From Eubacteriales bacterium (lineage in GTDB: Bacteria > Bacillota > Clostridia > Oscillospirales > CAG-272), in NCBI GenBank assembly GCA_045635885.1, contig JAZTWO010000076.1, positions 15,054 through 79,053 on the forward strand: a stretch of DNA of 64,000 nt, given 5' to 3'. Position numbers and translations under genes: made by a program. Shown here piece by piece: positions 18,887-27,525 of this stretch. Under the pieces are notes generated by a model. That model ran no database searches, had not been told where the DNA came from, and worked only from the letters and a program-made list of their open reading frames with translations. The number at the start of each line of letters is the position of its first letter. The first letter of the stretch is position 1.

Positions 18887-19729
18887 ATGTATATAATTAG
18901 TAATAAAAAAATAAAGATTCAAATTAGTGAAATTGGCGCTGAAGTTAGAACTGTAATATATAACGGAAAAGAACGCGCTTGGCAAAATAAAACAGGCGAG
19001 TGGTCTGGATGTGCAATCTTGCTTTTCCCATTCGCAGGCTTTAACCGACTCATTTATGACGGAGTTGATTTCGGTGTTCAAAAGCACGGATTTTGCAGAA
19101 GTGAAGAATTCAATCTTGTTTCACAGGCTGAAAATAGCATTGAATTTGAGCTTTGTGCAAATGATAGAACAAGAGCAGTATATCCATACGAATTCGCGTT
19201 CAGAGTAAAATATGAGCTTGTGGATGATGGATATGAGGTTTCATATACGATCAAAAACACGAGTGAAAAGGCAATCCCTCTCGCGTGTGGTGGACACGAG
19301 TCCTTCGCACTTGATAATGAAGTAGAAAACTACTACGTTGAATTTGAAAAGGAAGAATATTTTGACTTTCTTATTCATAATTCAAGTGGTATGCTCACAG
19401 GTGAGAAAGTAAATCACGGAGCGGGTAAAATTTTGCCTCTCGAAAAGGATTTTACTGATAATAGCGCAACTGTTATTCTTGGCAACATCAATTCAAGAAA
19501 AGCAACACTTAAAGATAAGAAAACCGATGAAAAGGTGGTTGAAATCACATTCGACGGCTTTTCAAATCTTCTTTTGTGGCATCCCCACGGTTCAAAAATG
19601 CTTTGCATTGAGCCTTGGCAGTGCTTGCCATCATATGTTGATGAAATAAAAGAATTTAAAGAGAGAAAAGGCGTGATCAACCTTTCTCAAAACTGTGAAA
19701 TTGCATTCACAAGAAAGATCACATATTAA
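18887..19729 (+). CDS. Aldose 1-epimerase family (LacX-like) protein
   Basis: 280 aa with an HGF.R...GGHE.F pattern typical of the small mutarotase-like family. Starts 2 nt after the galE stop. Confidence 0.6.
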   Translation: MYIISNKKIKIQISEIGAEVRTVIYNGKERAWQNKTGEWSGCAILLFPFAGFNRLIYDGVDFGVQKHGFCRSEEFNLVSQAENSIEFELCANDRTRAVYPYEFAFRVKYELVDDGYEVSYTIKNTSEKAIPLACGGHESFALDNEVENYYVEFEKEEYFDFLIHNSSGMLTGEKVNHGAGKILPLEKDFTDNSATVILGNINSRKATLKDKKTDEKVVEITFDGFSNLLLWHPHGSKMLCIEPWQCLPSYVDEIKEFKERKGVINLSQNCEIAFTRKITY

Positions 19730-19845
19730 TTTAGGCAATATATTTTTATATATTCAAAATAAACAGCGTTTGAGGAAAACCGATGGGGCATTATATTTTA
19801 GCCACCGCATATATCGGCCAAAAGTAACGCAAAAAGGAGAAAAAT

Positions 19846-21027
19846 ATGTCAACAGTAACACTTAAGCATGTTTACAAAGTGTACGAAAACGCAGACAAAA
19901 AGGCAGTTAATACAAAACCTGCCGTATCCGATTTCTGCATGGAAATTCAGGATAAAGAATTCATTGTATTCGTTGGTCCTTCAGGTTGTGGTAAATCTAC
20001 AACACTTCGTATGATCGCAGGTCTTGAAGAAATTAGCGACGGTGAAATTTGGATTGACGATACACTCGTTAATAACGTAGCACCTAAGGATAGAGATATC
20101 GCAATGGTATTCCAAAACTATGCTCTTTATCCCCATATGACCGTATATGATAATATGGCATTTGGTCTTAAGCTCCGTAAAATCCAAGACCCCGTAACAG
20201 GACAGCTCAGAAAGTACACCAAGGCAGAAATTGACGAAAAGGTTCAGCACGCAGCAAAGATTCTTGCAATTGAAGAATACCTTAAGAGAAAGCCCAAAGC
20301 ATTGTCCGGTGGTCAGCGTCAGAGAGTTGCCCTTGGTAGAACTATCGTTCGTAACCCCAAGGTGTTCCTTCTTGACGAACCTCTTTCAAACCTTGACGCA
20401 AAGCTTAGAGCAACAATGAGAAGTGAAATTATCAAACTTCACGACCAGCTCGGTGCTACATTTATTTATGTAACTCACGACCAGGTTGAAGCTATGACAA
20501 TGGGTACAAGAATCGTTGTTATGAGAGACGGTTTTGTTCAGCAGATTGGCGCTCCCCAGGAACTTTATGACTATCCTATCAACACATTCGTTGCAGGATT
20601 TATTGGTACACCTCAGATGAACTTCTTTGACGGTAGAATTACTCCCGATGGTGTTATTACATTTGCTAATAATCAGACAATTAAGCTTTCAAAAGAAGCT
20701 CTTGCTAACTTTGATACATCAAAGATCGGTTCAGGTCTTGATATTATTATGGGTGTTCGTCCCGGTGACCTTAAGCTTCTTGAAACTCCCAATGATATGA
20801 GCGTTTCTGCTAAGGTTGAAGTTGTTGAAGCACTTGGTAACGAAACTATCATTTATGCTAACCTTGATAAGAATGCAGACGGTTCTATCGAAAAGAGTCC
20901 TACAAGCATTGTTGCTTCTGCAAAACTTAAGAAGAATCCTGCACGTCGTTCTGAAATCATTCTCGGTATCGACGAAGAATCAATACATATTTTTGAAAAA
21001 GCAACTGAAAGAAGTATCAGAAAATAA
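19846..21027 (+). CDS. Multiple-sugar ABC transporter ATP-binding protein (MsmX/MsmK/UgpC-like)
   Basis: Walker A GPSGCGKST, signature LSGGQRQRVALGR, Walker B FLLDEPLSNLD, and a MalK-type C-terminal domain. AAGGAG SD; a hairpin terminator follows. Confidence 0.9.
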   Translation: MSTVTLKHVYKVYENADKKAVNTKPAVSDFCMEIQDKEFIVFVGPSGCGKSTTLRMIAGLEEISDGEIWIDDTLVNNVAPKDRDIAMVFQNYALYPHMTVYDNMAFGLKLRKIQDPVTGQLRKYTKAEIDEKVQHAAKILAIEEYLKRKPKALSGGQRQRVALGRTIVRNPKVFLLDEPLSNLDAKLRATMRSEIIKLHDQLGATFIYVTHDQVEAMTMGTRIVVMRDGFVQQIGAPQELYDYPINTFVAGFIGTPQMNFFDGRITPDGVITFANNQTIKLSKEALANFDTSKIGSGLDIIMGVRPGDLKLLETPNDMSVSAKVEVVEALGNETIIYANLDKNADGSIEKSPTSIVASAKLKKNPARRSEIILGIDEESIHIFEKATERSIRK

Positions 21028-21037
21028 AATTATATCT

Positions 21038-21066
21038 AAAAAGGAGAAGCTCGCTTCTCCTTTTTA
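21038..21066 (+). terminator. Intrinsic terminator after the MsmX-like ATPase gene
   Basis: AAGGAGAAGC..GCTTCTCCTT hairpin followed by TTT. Confidence 0.75.
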
Positions 21067-21085
21067 GAAATTGATAGGTAATAAT

Positions 21086-22132
21086 ATGGATATAGTTAAA
21101 CTTATACCTGCCTATAAAAGCATTATTTGGGGTGGGAATAAACTTAAAACTGAATACGGTAAAGATACTGATTTATCACCATTGGCAGAAACGTGGGAAT
21201 TGTCATTCCACAAGGATGGAAAAAGCTTGCTTGAAAACGGCACACCTCTTTGTGACGTAGCAACTGAGGAAGATCTTGGTGACAACTGCAAAGGATTTGA
21301 TTTTTTTCCTGTGCTTGTTAAATTTATTGATGCTCAGGATAAGCTTTCTGTTCAGGTGCATCCTTCAGATGAATATGCATTAAAGCACGAAAACAGTCTT
21401 GGTAAAACTGAGATGTGGTATATTGTTGATGCAGACGAGGGTGCAGGTATATACCTTGGTTTTGAAAAGGATATTACTCGTGAACAGTTTGAAAAGGCAA
21501 TTGACGAAAAAAAATTAACCGATTTTCTCAAATTCATTCCTGTAAGCAAGGGTGAAAGTTATTTTATTCCATCTGGAACAATACACGCAATTTGTGCAGG
21601 ATGTCTTATTTGTGAAATTCAACAAAATAGCAATATCACATATCGAGTTTATGACTATGGCAGACGAGATAAGAATGGAAATGAAAGAGAATTGCACGTT
21701 GCCAAGGCAATGGACGTTTCTGATTTGACTGCTATTGAGCCCAAGGAATTGAATATTCAAACAGAAGATGGTCTTCTTAAAGGAATAAATAAATTCTTTA
21801 CTGCGACATTGGTTGAAATCAACGGTAGCAAGGCATTTAAAACAGATAAAAACACATTCCGTTGCTTTACTTGTCTTGACGGAGACGGCAAAATAGGTGA
21901 TGTTGATATTAATAAAGGCGAAACTGTTTTTGTTCCTGCAACTGCAAGTGCTTTTAATGCAAGTGGTAATTTTAGTGCCATAATGACCACTATTCGTAAG
22001 TATTGTTTGTATAATGATGGCAAATCATTTAGAGTTGAAAATGACCTTGGTCAAACAATTGCAACTAATGATAGTATGGATGCTTTGTTAAATACTTGTG
22101 GACTTACAGTATCCGATATTGAAAATTTGTAA
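21086..22132 (+). CDS. manA: Mannose-6-phosphate isomerase, class I
   Basis: Motifs IIWGG, QVHPSDEYA, GKTEMWYIV and IPSGTIHAI. ATG 21086 is preferred; the ORF-track TTG 21071 abuts the upstream terminator. Confidence 0.8.
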   Translation: MDIVKLIPAYKSIIWGGNKLKTEYGKDTDLSPLAETWELSFHKDGKSLLENGTPLCDVATEEDLGDNCKGFDFFPVLVKFIDAQDKLSVQVHPSDEYALKHENSLGKTEMWYIVDADEGAGIYLGFEKDITREQFEKAIDEKKLTDFLKFIPVSKGESYFIPSGTIHAICAGCLICEIQQNSNITYRVYDYGRRDKNGNERELHVAKAMDVSDLTAIEPKELNIQTEDGLLKGINKFFTATLVEINGSKAFKTDKNTFRCFTCLDGDGKIGDVDINKGETVFVPATASAFNASGNFSAIMTTIRKYCLYNDGKSFRVENDLGQTIATNDSMDALLNTCGLTVSDIENL

Positions 22133-22139
22133 AAAATTA

Positions 22140-22170
22140 ATCTCCTTTGCATTTGCAAAGGAGATTTTTG
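22140..22170 (+). terminator. Intrinsic terminator after manA
   Basis: TCTCCTTTGCA-tt-TGCAAAGGAGA followed by TTTTT. Confidence 0.8.
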
Positions 22171-22248
22171 TTGACAAAATGTACTTTGTTACTTGATAAA
22201 TATTTGATTTTATGTTACAATAATAAAAAGTGATTTAAGGAGTTTATT

Positions 22249-23343
22249 ATGTCAAAAATCTATTTTAGAAACTCAAAAAATTGGACAAAGGTAATTGCTA
22301 ATTGTGAAAATATAGAGCTTGTTGAACGTGATGCGCAGGGTGACTATATTTTTGATAATAAACAAAATGACTGTGTTTGTTTTGGCAATCAAAATGAAAA
22401 GACAAGCAAGGTTTATCCCGGTGCACTCTCTATTGGTGTAGAATACAAAACTAATAAGGGAATGAATAAGGATTTGACCTATCTTTTTTCTAAAAACATT
22501 GAAATAACAGGAAAAGTTGATAATTATATTTTGATTGATGAGAAAAATCTTTCTCATAGAGTGGACAAGAGCAAAAAAGTTAGTGTGTTTGTGCCCAATA
22601 GTTATGATGGCACTATAGCACACGATATTTTATACTTTTTTGATGCTCAAAATTTGTTTTGTGGTGCAGGCGATTATACAGAAAATGGCGACCCCTATGG
22701 CTCATGGCAGATTGACGTTGTTATTAGTGAGCTTTATCGTCAGTATGGAAAGAATTTGATTGTTGTTGGAATTGATAATGCCGACGAGTATAGAAGTCAC
22801 GAGTTGTTTATGAATCCTGCAAAATTTGGCGCACTTGCCCCCTTGGCTACCGCTATTCCTGATGACAACTTTTCAAAAGGCTATCTTGAGGGGCTTGATG
22901 ATTTTATGAAACAGACACTCCACCCATTTATCAAAGAAAAATACTGCGTTAAGGAAGATAATATCGGTGTTGGTGGTTCATCAATGGGCGGAATAGCTGC
23001 ATTCTATTGCGGACTTCGTGAATTGGGTTTTTATAAGTACGTTCTCTCATATTCTCCTGCCTATGGACTTTATGAAATGAGTGCATTTGAGAATTGGTTT
23101 GCAAACAAAAAGTTTGCAAATAACAAAGAAATTTTGCCCAAAATTCATATTTATTGTGGAGAGGGCGATCCACTTGAAAGATTACTTGTTGGCTCAACTA
23201 AAGCGATGAAGGGAACACTTGTAAGATACGGTTATCCTGAAAATAAGTTATTTGAAACTTATGACGAAGAGAAGCCCCACAATGAAGAAAGCTGGAGACT
23301 TATACTTGGCGAAAGTTTTACAAAATTATTAGAATTAAATTGA
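22249..23343 (+). CDS. Alpha/beta-hydrolase 'putative esterase' family protein
   Basis: Nucleophile elbow GGSSMGG; esterase-family layout; AAGGAG SD. Confidence 0.65.
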   Translation: MSKIYFRNSKNWTKVIANCENIELVERDAQGDYIFDNKQNDCVCFGNQNEKTSKVYPGALSIGVEYKTNKGMNKDLTYLFSKNIEITGKVDNYILIDEKNLSHRVDKSKKVSVFVPNSYDGTIAHDILYFFDAQNLFCGAGDYTENGDPYGSWQIDVVISELYRQYGKNLIVVGIDNADEYRSHELFMNPAKFGALAPLATAIPDDNFSKGYLEGLDDFMKQTLHPFIKEKYCVKEDNIGVGGSSMGGIAAFYCGLRELGFYKYVLSYSPAYGLYEMSAFENWFANKKFANNKEILPKIHIYCGEGDPLERLLVGSTKAMKGTLVRYGYPENKLFETYDEEKPHNEESWRLILGESFTKLLELN

Positions 23344-23400
23344 CTTTTAATCGAAAAAATGATATAATACAATGTTATCATTTGCATAAAGGAGATATTT

Positions 23401-25056
23401 ATGGAAAAGACAAGATGGTATAAGGATATGGTGTTTTACCAAATATGGCCACGTTCCTTTAAGGACGGAGATGGTGACGGTATGGGAGATTTATGGGGAG
23501 TTTATGAAAAACTTGATTACATTAAATCTCTTGGATGTGACGGCATTTGGTTTTCGCCCTTATATCCTTCGCCAGGTATTGATTGCGGATACGATATTTC
23601 AGATTACTATGATATAGCAGAAGAATTTGGCGGAATGGAAGCATTTGAAAAGGTGCTTTACGGTGCTCACGAACGAGGTATGAAGATTATAATGGACCTT
23701 GTTGTAAATCACACAAGTGACCAGCACGAATGGTTTCAAAAAAGCCGTCAGAGAATAGAGCCATATACTGATTATTATATTTGGAGACCTGCCAAGAAAA
23801 ATGGAAAGCTCCCGAATAACTGGGACTCACTTTTTGAAGGCAAGGCATGGGCTTGGGATGAGGTGCGTCAAGAATATTATATGCATCTTTTTGCAATTCA
23901 ACAGGCAGATTTGAATATGGATAATCCACTTGTTCGTGAAGAGGTAAAGAATATTCTTCGTTTTTGGCTTGATAAGGGTGTCGACGGTTTTAGAGAGGAC
24001 GTTATTACGTTTATTTCAAAGCCCGACGGTTTGCCCGACGATAAAATTATGCCTGCTTCAAAGGGTATATTTATGTTTAATCACGGTCCACATCTCCACG
24101 AATATCTTGAGGAATTTCACCGTGATGTTTTTTCAAAATATGACTGTATGACACTTGCAGAAGCACCATTGGTAACTCCCAAAAAGGCGCTTGAATATAT
24201 TGATGAGAAAAACAATCCCGTTCTTGATATGATGATTCAATTTTCCACTCAAGAAGCAGACTGTTTTATGACTGACTATTATCATATGCCATTCAATCTC
24301 AGAAAGCTTAAAAAGTGCTATTCAAAATGGCAGAATGGGCTTGAGGGTAGGGGTTGGAATATGCTTTATATTGAAAATCACGATCATCCGAGAATGGTTT
24401 CTCGTTACGGTAGCGAAAAATTCCAAAAAGAGAGCGCTATGATGCTTGCGATTTCATATCTTTTCCAAAAGGGAACGCCATTTATTTATCAGGGTCAAGA
24501 AATTGGTATGACAAACTGGTATCCCAACGACCCACATATGTATGAAGATGTGCAAACTCTTTGGCAATATAATAATGTTGCAACAAAGAAGTCAGACAAA
24601 AAGCGTCTTGAAAGATTGTGGCACGGATCTCGTGATTCTGCAAGAACTCCTGTTCAATGGAGTGCCGAAGAAAACGCAGGATTTACAACAGGTACACCTT
24701 GGTTTTATGTTAATGAGAATTATAAGCACATTAATGTGGCGGATCAAGAAGCAGATAAAAATTCTATTTTGAATTTCTACCGTTGCGCAATAAAGCTTCG
24801 TAAAGAGCTTTCAAGCGTTAAAAACGGTAATTATATTGAGTATGGAAAGCATTCTTCGTCTTTCTATACATATTCACGTGAGGATGAGAATGAAAAAATT
24901 CTTGTTGTTTGCTCGTTTACAGAGAAGAGCAAGAAGTGGCGCGTTCCTTCGGGATTTGATCTTTCAAGCGGCGAGCTTTTGCTCTGCAACTATGATAAGC
25001 TTGATAAATCAATTCTTAAACCTTACGAAACAAGAGTATATAGGTGGAAAAAATAA
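23401..25056 (+). CDS. GH13 alpha-glucosidase / oligo-1,6-glucosidase
   Basis: GH13 conserved regions QIWPRSF.DGDGDG.GD, DLVVNHTS, GVDGFREDV and IENHDHPR. Confidence 0.85.
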   Translation: MEKTRWYKDMVFYQIWPRSFKDGDGDGMGDLWGVYEKLDYIKSLGCDGIWFSPLYPSPGIDCGYDISDYYDIAEEFGGMEAFEKVLYGAHERGMKIIMDLVVNHTSDQHEWFQKSRQRIEPYTDYYIWRPAKKNGKLPNNWDSLFEGKAWAWDEVRQEYYMHLFAIQQADLNMDNPLVREEVKNILRFWLDKGVDGFREDVITFISKPDGLPDDKIMPASKGIFMFNHGPHLHEYLEEFHRDVFSKYDCMTLAEAPLVTPKKALEYIDEKNNPVLDMMIQFSTQEADCFMTDYYHMPFNLRKLKKCYSKWQNGLEGRGWNMLYIENHDHPRMVSRYGSEKFQKESAMMLAISYLFQKGTPFIYQGQEIGMTNWYPNDPHMYEDVQTLWQYNNVATKKSDKKRLERLWHGSRDSARTPVQWSAEENAGFTTGTPWFYVNENYKHINVADQEADKNSILNFYRCAIKLRKELSSVKNGNYIEYGKHSSSFYTYSREDENEKILVVCSFTEKSKKWRVPSGFDLSSGELLLCNYDKLDKSILKPYETRVYRWKK

Positions 25057-25059
25057 TAT

Positions 25060-25974
25060 ATGGGGCATAAAAAATATACGTCAATGCTGCTTTTGTTTTT
25101 AGCATCAATATTTTGGGGATTTGCGTTTGTAGCGCAGGACCTCGTTGCAAATATTAAGCCAATCACAGTTGGTATGGTGAGATGGTTTATAGGTGCAATT
25201 TTCCTTTTCTTTGTAATAATGATTTGGGATAAGGCAACAAATAGCGGCAGAAAGCTCATTTCAAAGGGCAAATTGGATTTCACCAAAACAGAAATCCGAG
25301 GTGGCATTGTAATGGGTATAATAATTTCAATAGCATCCATTTTTCAACAAATGGGTATAAATCAGGGAACAACCGGAGGTAAAGCGGCATTCATTACCGC
25401 ACTTTACGTTGTTTTAGTTCCGATTTATGCATTGTTTTTGAAAAAGAGAGCAAAATTAAATGTTTGGATGGCTGTTTTTGTGGCAGTTATTGGATTTTAC
25501 CTGCTTTGCATTAAAGAGGGAGAGGGAATTGTTCCTTCAGACTTTTGGGTTATTTTGAGCGCAATGATTTATCCAATTCATATTCTCACAATCGACCATT
25601 TCGCCCCCAAATGCGATTGCATCAGAATGTCTTGTTTACAGTTTTTCTTTGCATTCATAATAAATGGGTGCTTTGCATTCATTCTTGAATCACCTATTCA
25701 ATGGGGAGAAATTTCAACTCACATTATGCCGTTTTTGTACCTTGGCATATTCTCAAGCGGAATTGCTTATACCTTGCAAATTATAGGGCAGAAGAATGTT
25801 AATCCCACAGTGGCATCTCTTATTTTGTCACTTGAATCCGTTTTTGGCTTGCTTGGTGGAATGATAATTTTGGGCGACAAGCTCACTGTGAAAGAGTACA
25901 TTGGAGCAGGGCTTATATTCTTTGCAGTTGTAATATCACAGGTTGAATTTAAAAAGAAAAATCGTGTTCCATAG
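25060..25974 (+). CDS. EamA/DMT-family transporter
   Basis: About 10 hydrophobic segments arranged as two EamA-like halves; 304 aa. Confidence 0.8.
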   Translation: MGHKKYTSMLLLFLASIFWGFAFVAQDLVANIKPITVGMVRWFIGAIFLFFVIMIWDKATNSGRKLISKGKLDFTKTEIRGGIVMGIIISIASIFQQMGINQGTTGGKAAFITALYVVLVPIYALFLKKRAKLNVWMAVFVAVIGFYLLCIKEGEGIVPSDFWVILSAMIYPIHILTIDHFAPKCDCIRMSCLQFFFAFIINGCFAFILESPIQWGEISTHIMPFLYLGIFSSGIAYTLQIIGQKNVNPTVASLILSLESVFGLLGGMIILGDKLTVKEYIGAGLIFFAVVISQVEFKKKNRVP

Positions 25975-25989
25975 AACACGATTTTTTTA
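25958..25989. terminator. Bidirectional terminator between the EamA gene and the recombinase gene
   Basis: ATCGTGTTC-cata-GAACACGAT flanked by A-runs and T-runs; it overlaps the EamA stop codon. Confidence 0.7.
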
Positions 25990-26991
25990 GTCATCTTTTT
26001 TGATTTTTGCAAGTGGATTTTGCTCCATTGCGTTGCGCATATTTTCGTTTGAAACGTGGGTGTAAATTTGCGTTGTATTGAGCTGCTCGTGACCAAGAAT
26101 ATCTTTAAGCACACGCACGTCAACGTTGCCGCTTTGATACATTAGTGTTGTGGCGGTGTGGCGGAGCTTGTGAACGGAAAAATGCTTTGCCTCAAGCCCT
26201 GCAAGTTCAAGATATTTATAAACCATCCATTGAACAGTTTTTACACTTATTCGCTTATTAAGTCTGCTTAAAAAGAGCGCTTTGGTTTGTACGTTCTCAT
26301 ATTTGGGACTTAAACGAATTTCAAGATAATCGTGAAGCACCGTTCGACACGCCTCGTTGAGATAAATTATTCTTTCTTTGTTACCCTTACCAAGAACACG
26401 AAGGGAACGAAGCTCACGGTCTATATCGTTTAAGTTGATGCCCACAAGCTCAGAAAGTCGCATTCCGCAATTGAGAAAAAGCGTGAGAATACAGTAATCT
26501 CGCTCCTTGGTGTTTGATTCGGGGTCATCAAGAACTGCTTGAAGAAGCATCATGGACTCGTCAAGCGTCAAAAATTTTGGCAAGGTTTTCTTGGGCTTGG
26601 GTGACTCAATGTTAATTGCGGGATTTTCATCAAAATAGTTTCGCTTTGTGGTGAAATATTTGTAAAGTCCCTTGATAGCAGAGAGTTTGCGAGCCTTAGC
26701 ACTCCACATATTTTTGCGAGTGTCGCCCGTGTAAAAAAGAAATTCATATATTTGCTCGGTTTTAACCTTTGAAAGATAGTCGGCATCTATTGAGGTTATG
26801 TCAATTTGAATAAACTCCTCAGAGTCGATTTCAATTTTATTTTCAACCGCTAAAAGATAGCGAAAAAAGGTGCGAAGATCAAGCATATATTCGTTTACTG
26901 TTTTTTCAGAGCAACCTTGAATTGTGCGCTTGTATATGGCAAATTGCTGAACGTCCTGTGAAAATTCATTAAGTTCGGGGAATGAACTCAT
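25987..26991 (-). CDS. Tyrosine site-specific recombinase, XerC/XerD-like
   Basis: Catalytic region GMRLSEL, HKLRHTATTLM, LGHEQLNTTQIYTHV, plus an N-terminal SAM-like core-binding domain. ATG 26991 follows GGAGG; the ORF-track TTG 27012 lies upstream of the SD. Confidence 0.85.
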   Translation of the reverse strand: MSSFPELNEFSQDVQQFAIYKRTIQGCSEKTVNEYMLDLRTFFRYLLAVENKIEIDSEEFIQIDITSIDADYLSKVKTEQIYEFLFYTGDTRKNMWSAKARKLSAIKGLYKYFTTKRNYFDENPAINIESPKPKKTLPKFLTLDESMMLLQAVLDDPESNTKERDYCILTLFLNCGMRLSELVGINLNDIDRELRSLRVLGKGNKERIIYLNEACRTVLHDYLEIRLSPKYENVQTKALFLSRLNKRISVKTVQWMVYKYLELAGLEAKHFSVHKLRHTATTLMYQSGNVDVRVLKDILGHEQLNTTQIYTHVSNENMRNAMEQNPLAKIKKDD

Positions 26992-27092
26992 ATCATACCT
27001 CCAATTATACAAAATTACACATTAATTATATCACACTTTTTCAATAAAGGGAAGAGATATAATAAAATTTTTTAGAAATATTTTCAAAAATG

Positions 27093-27121
27093 CTTGACAA
27101 AAAGCGATATATGTGGTAATA
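27093..27121 (+). promoter_or_regulatory. Sigma-A promoter of tRNA-Arg
   Basis: TTGACA, a 17-nt spacer, then TAATAT, located ~25 nt upstream of the tRNA 5' end. Confidence 0.7.
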
Positions 27122-27145
27122 TATATAAGTCGCAGAGAGCGATAT

Positions 27146-27222
27146 GTGCCATTAGCTCAGCCGGATAGAGTGTTTGGCTACGAACCAAAAGGTCGGGGGT
27201 TCGAATCCCTCATGGCACGCCA
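27146..27222 (+). tRNA. tRNA-Arg (anticodon ACG)
   Basis: A 77-nt cloverleaf. Acceptor GTGCCAT/ATGGCAC, anticodon arm TTTGG-CTACGAA-CCAAA, T arm GGGGG-TTCGAAT-CCCTC, encoded CCA. It has its own consensus promoter and terminator. Confidence 0.9.
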
Positions 27223-27223
27223 T

Positions 27224-27257
27224 AAAGGAGATGCAGTTGCATCTCCTTTTTTGTTTT
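27224..27257 (+). terminator. Terminator after tRNA-Arg
   Basis: GGAGATGCA..TGCATCTCC followed by TTTTTTGTTTT. Confidence 0.8.
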
Positions 27258-27481
27258 GATTTTTTGCGGACAGTCGAGGACACCTGTCCCTACAACAGAT
27301 AATAGTAATTTTGGCGGAGATTATAGCCATATTTATTAACAATGTAGCTATATACATTCTATCGTTGCCCATCGCTTACAATCTACTGCGAGGTAAAATC
27401 AAAGCCAAGCGGATGGAATTCTTGGTGGAATGAGTACAACTGCCCTGTAGTTTGGGGTTACAAAGGTGAATAACAAAATAT

Positions 27482-27512
27482 AAAAAACAAAGGGAACTCA
27501 AAAGAGTTCCCT
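27482..27512 (-). terminator. Terminator after the topoisomerase B gene
   Basis: AGGGAACTC-aaaa-GAGTTCCCT, with a T-run on the minus strand. Confidence 0.75.
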
Positions 27513-27525
27513 TAATTTTATTAAT

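Noticed and set aside
19730-19845. The 116-nt leader before the MsmX-like ATPase gene as a possible structured regulatory RNA.
   Set aside because: I found only short, non-collinear complementarity (CCGAT/ATCGG) and no recognisable riboswitch motif. It is probably just a promoter region (TTGAGG-16-TATATT).
25987-27222. Tyrosine recombinase next to tRNA-Arg as the marker of an integrated genomic island.
   Set aside because: The recombinase looks Xer-like rather than phage-integrase-like. It lies 5' of the tRNA and is transcribed away from it, not at the tRNA 3' end. I saw no direct repeat of the tRNA 3' end, and the flanking genes are ordinary chromosomal functions.
27178-27372. A 64-aa minus-strand ORF.
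   Set aside because: It overlaps tRNA-Arg and its terminator. The translation is low-complexity read-through of structured DNA.
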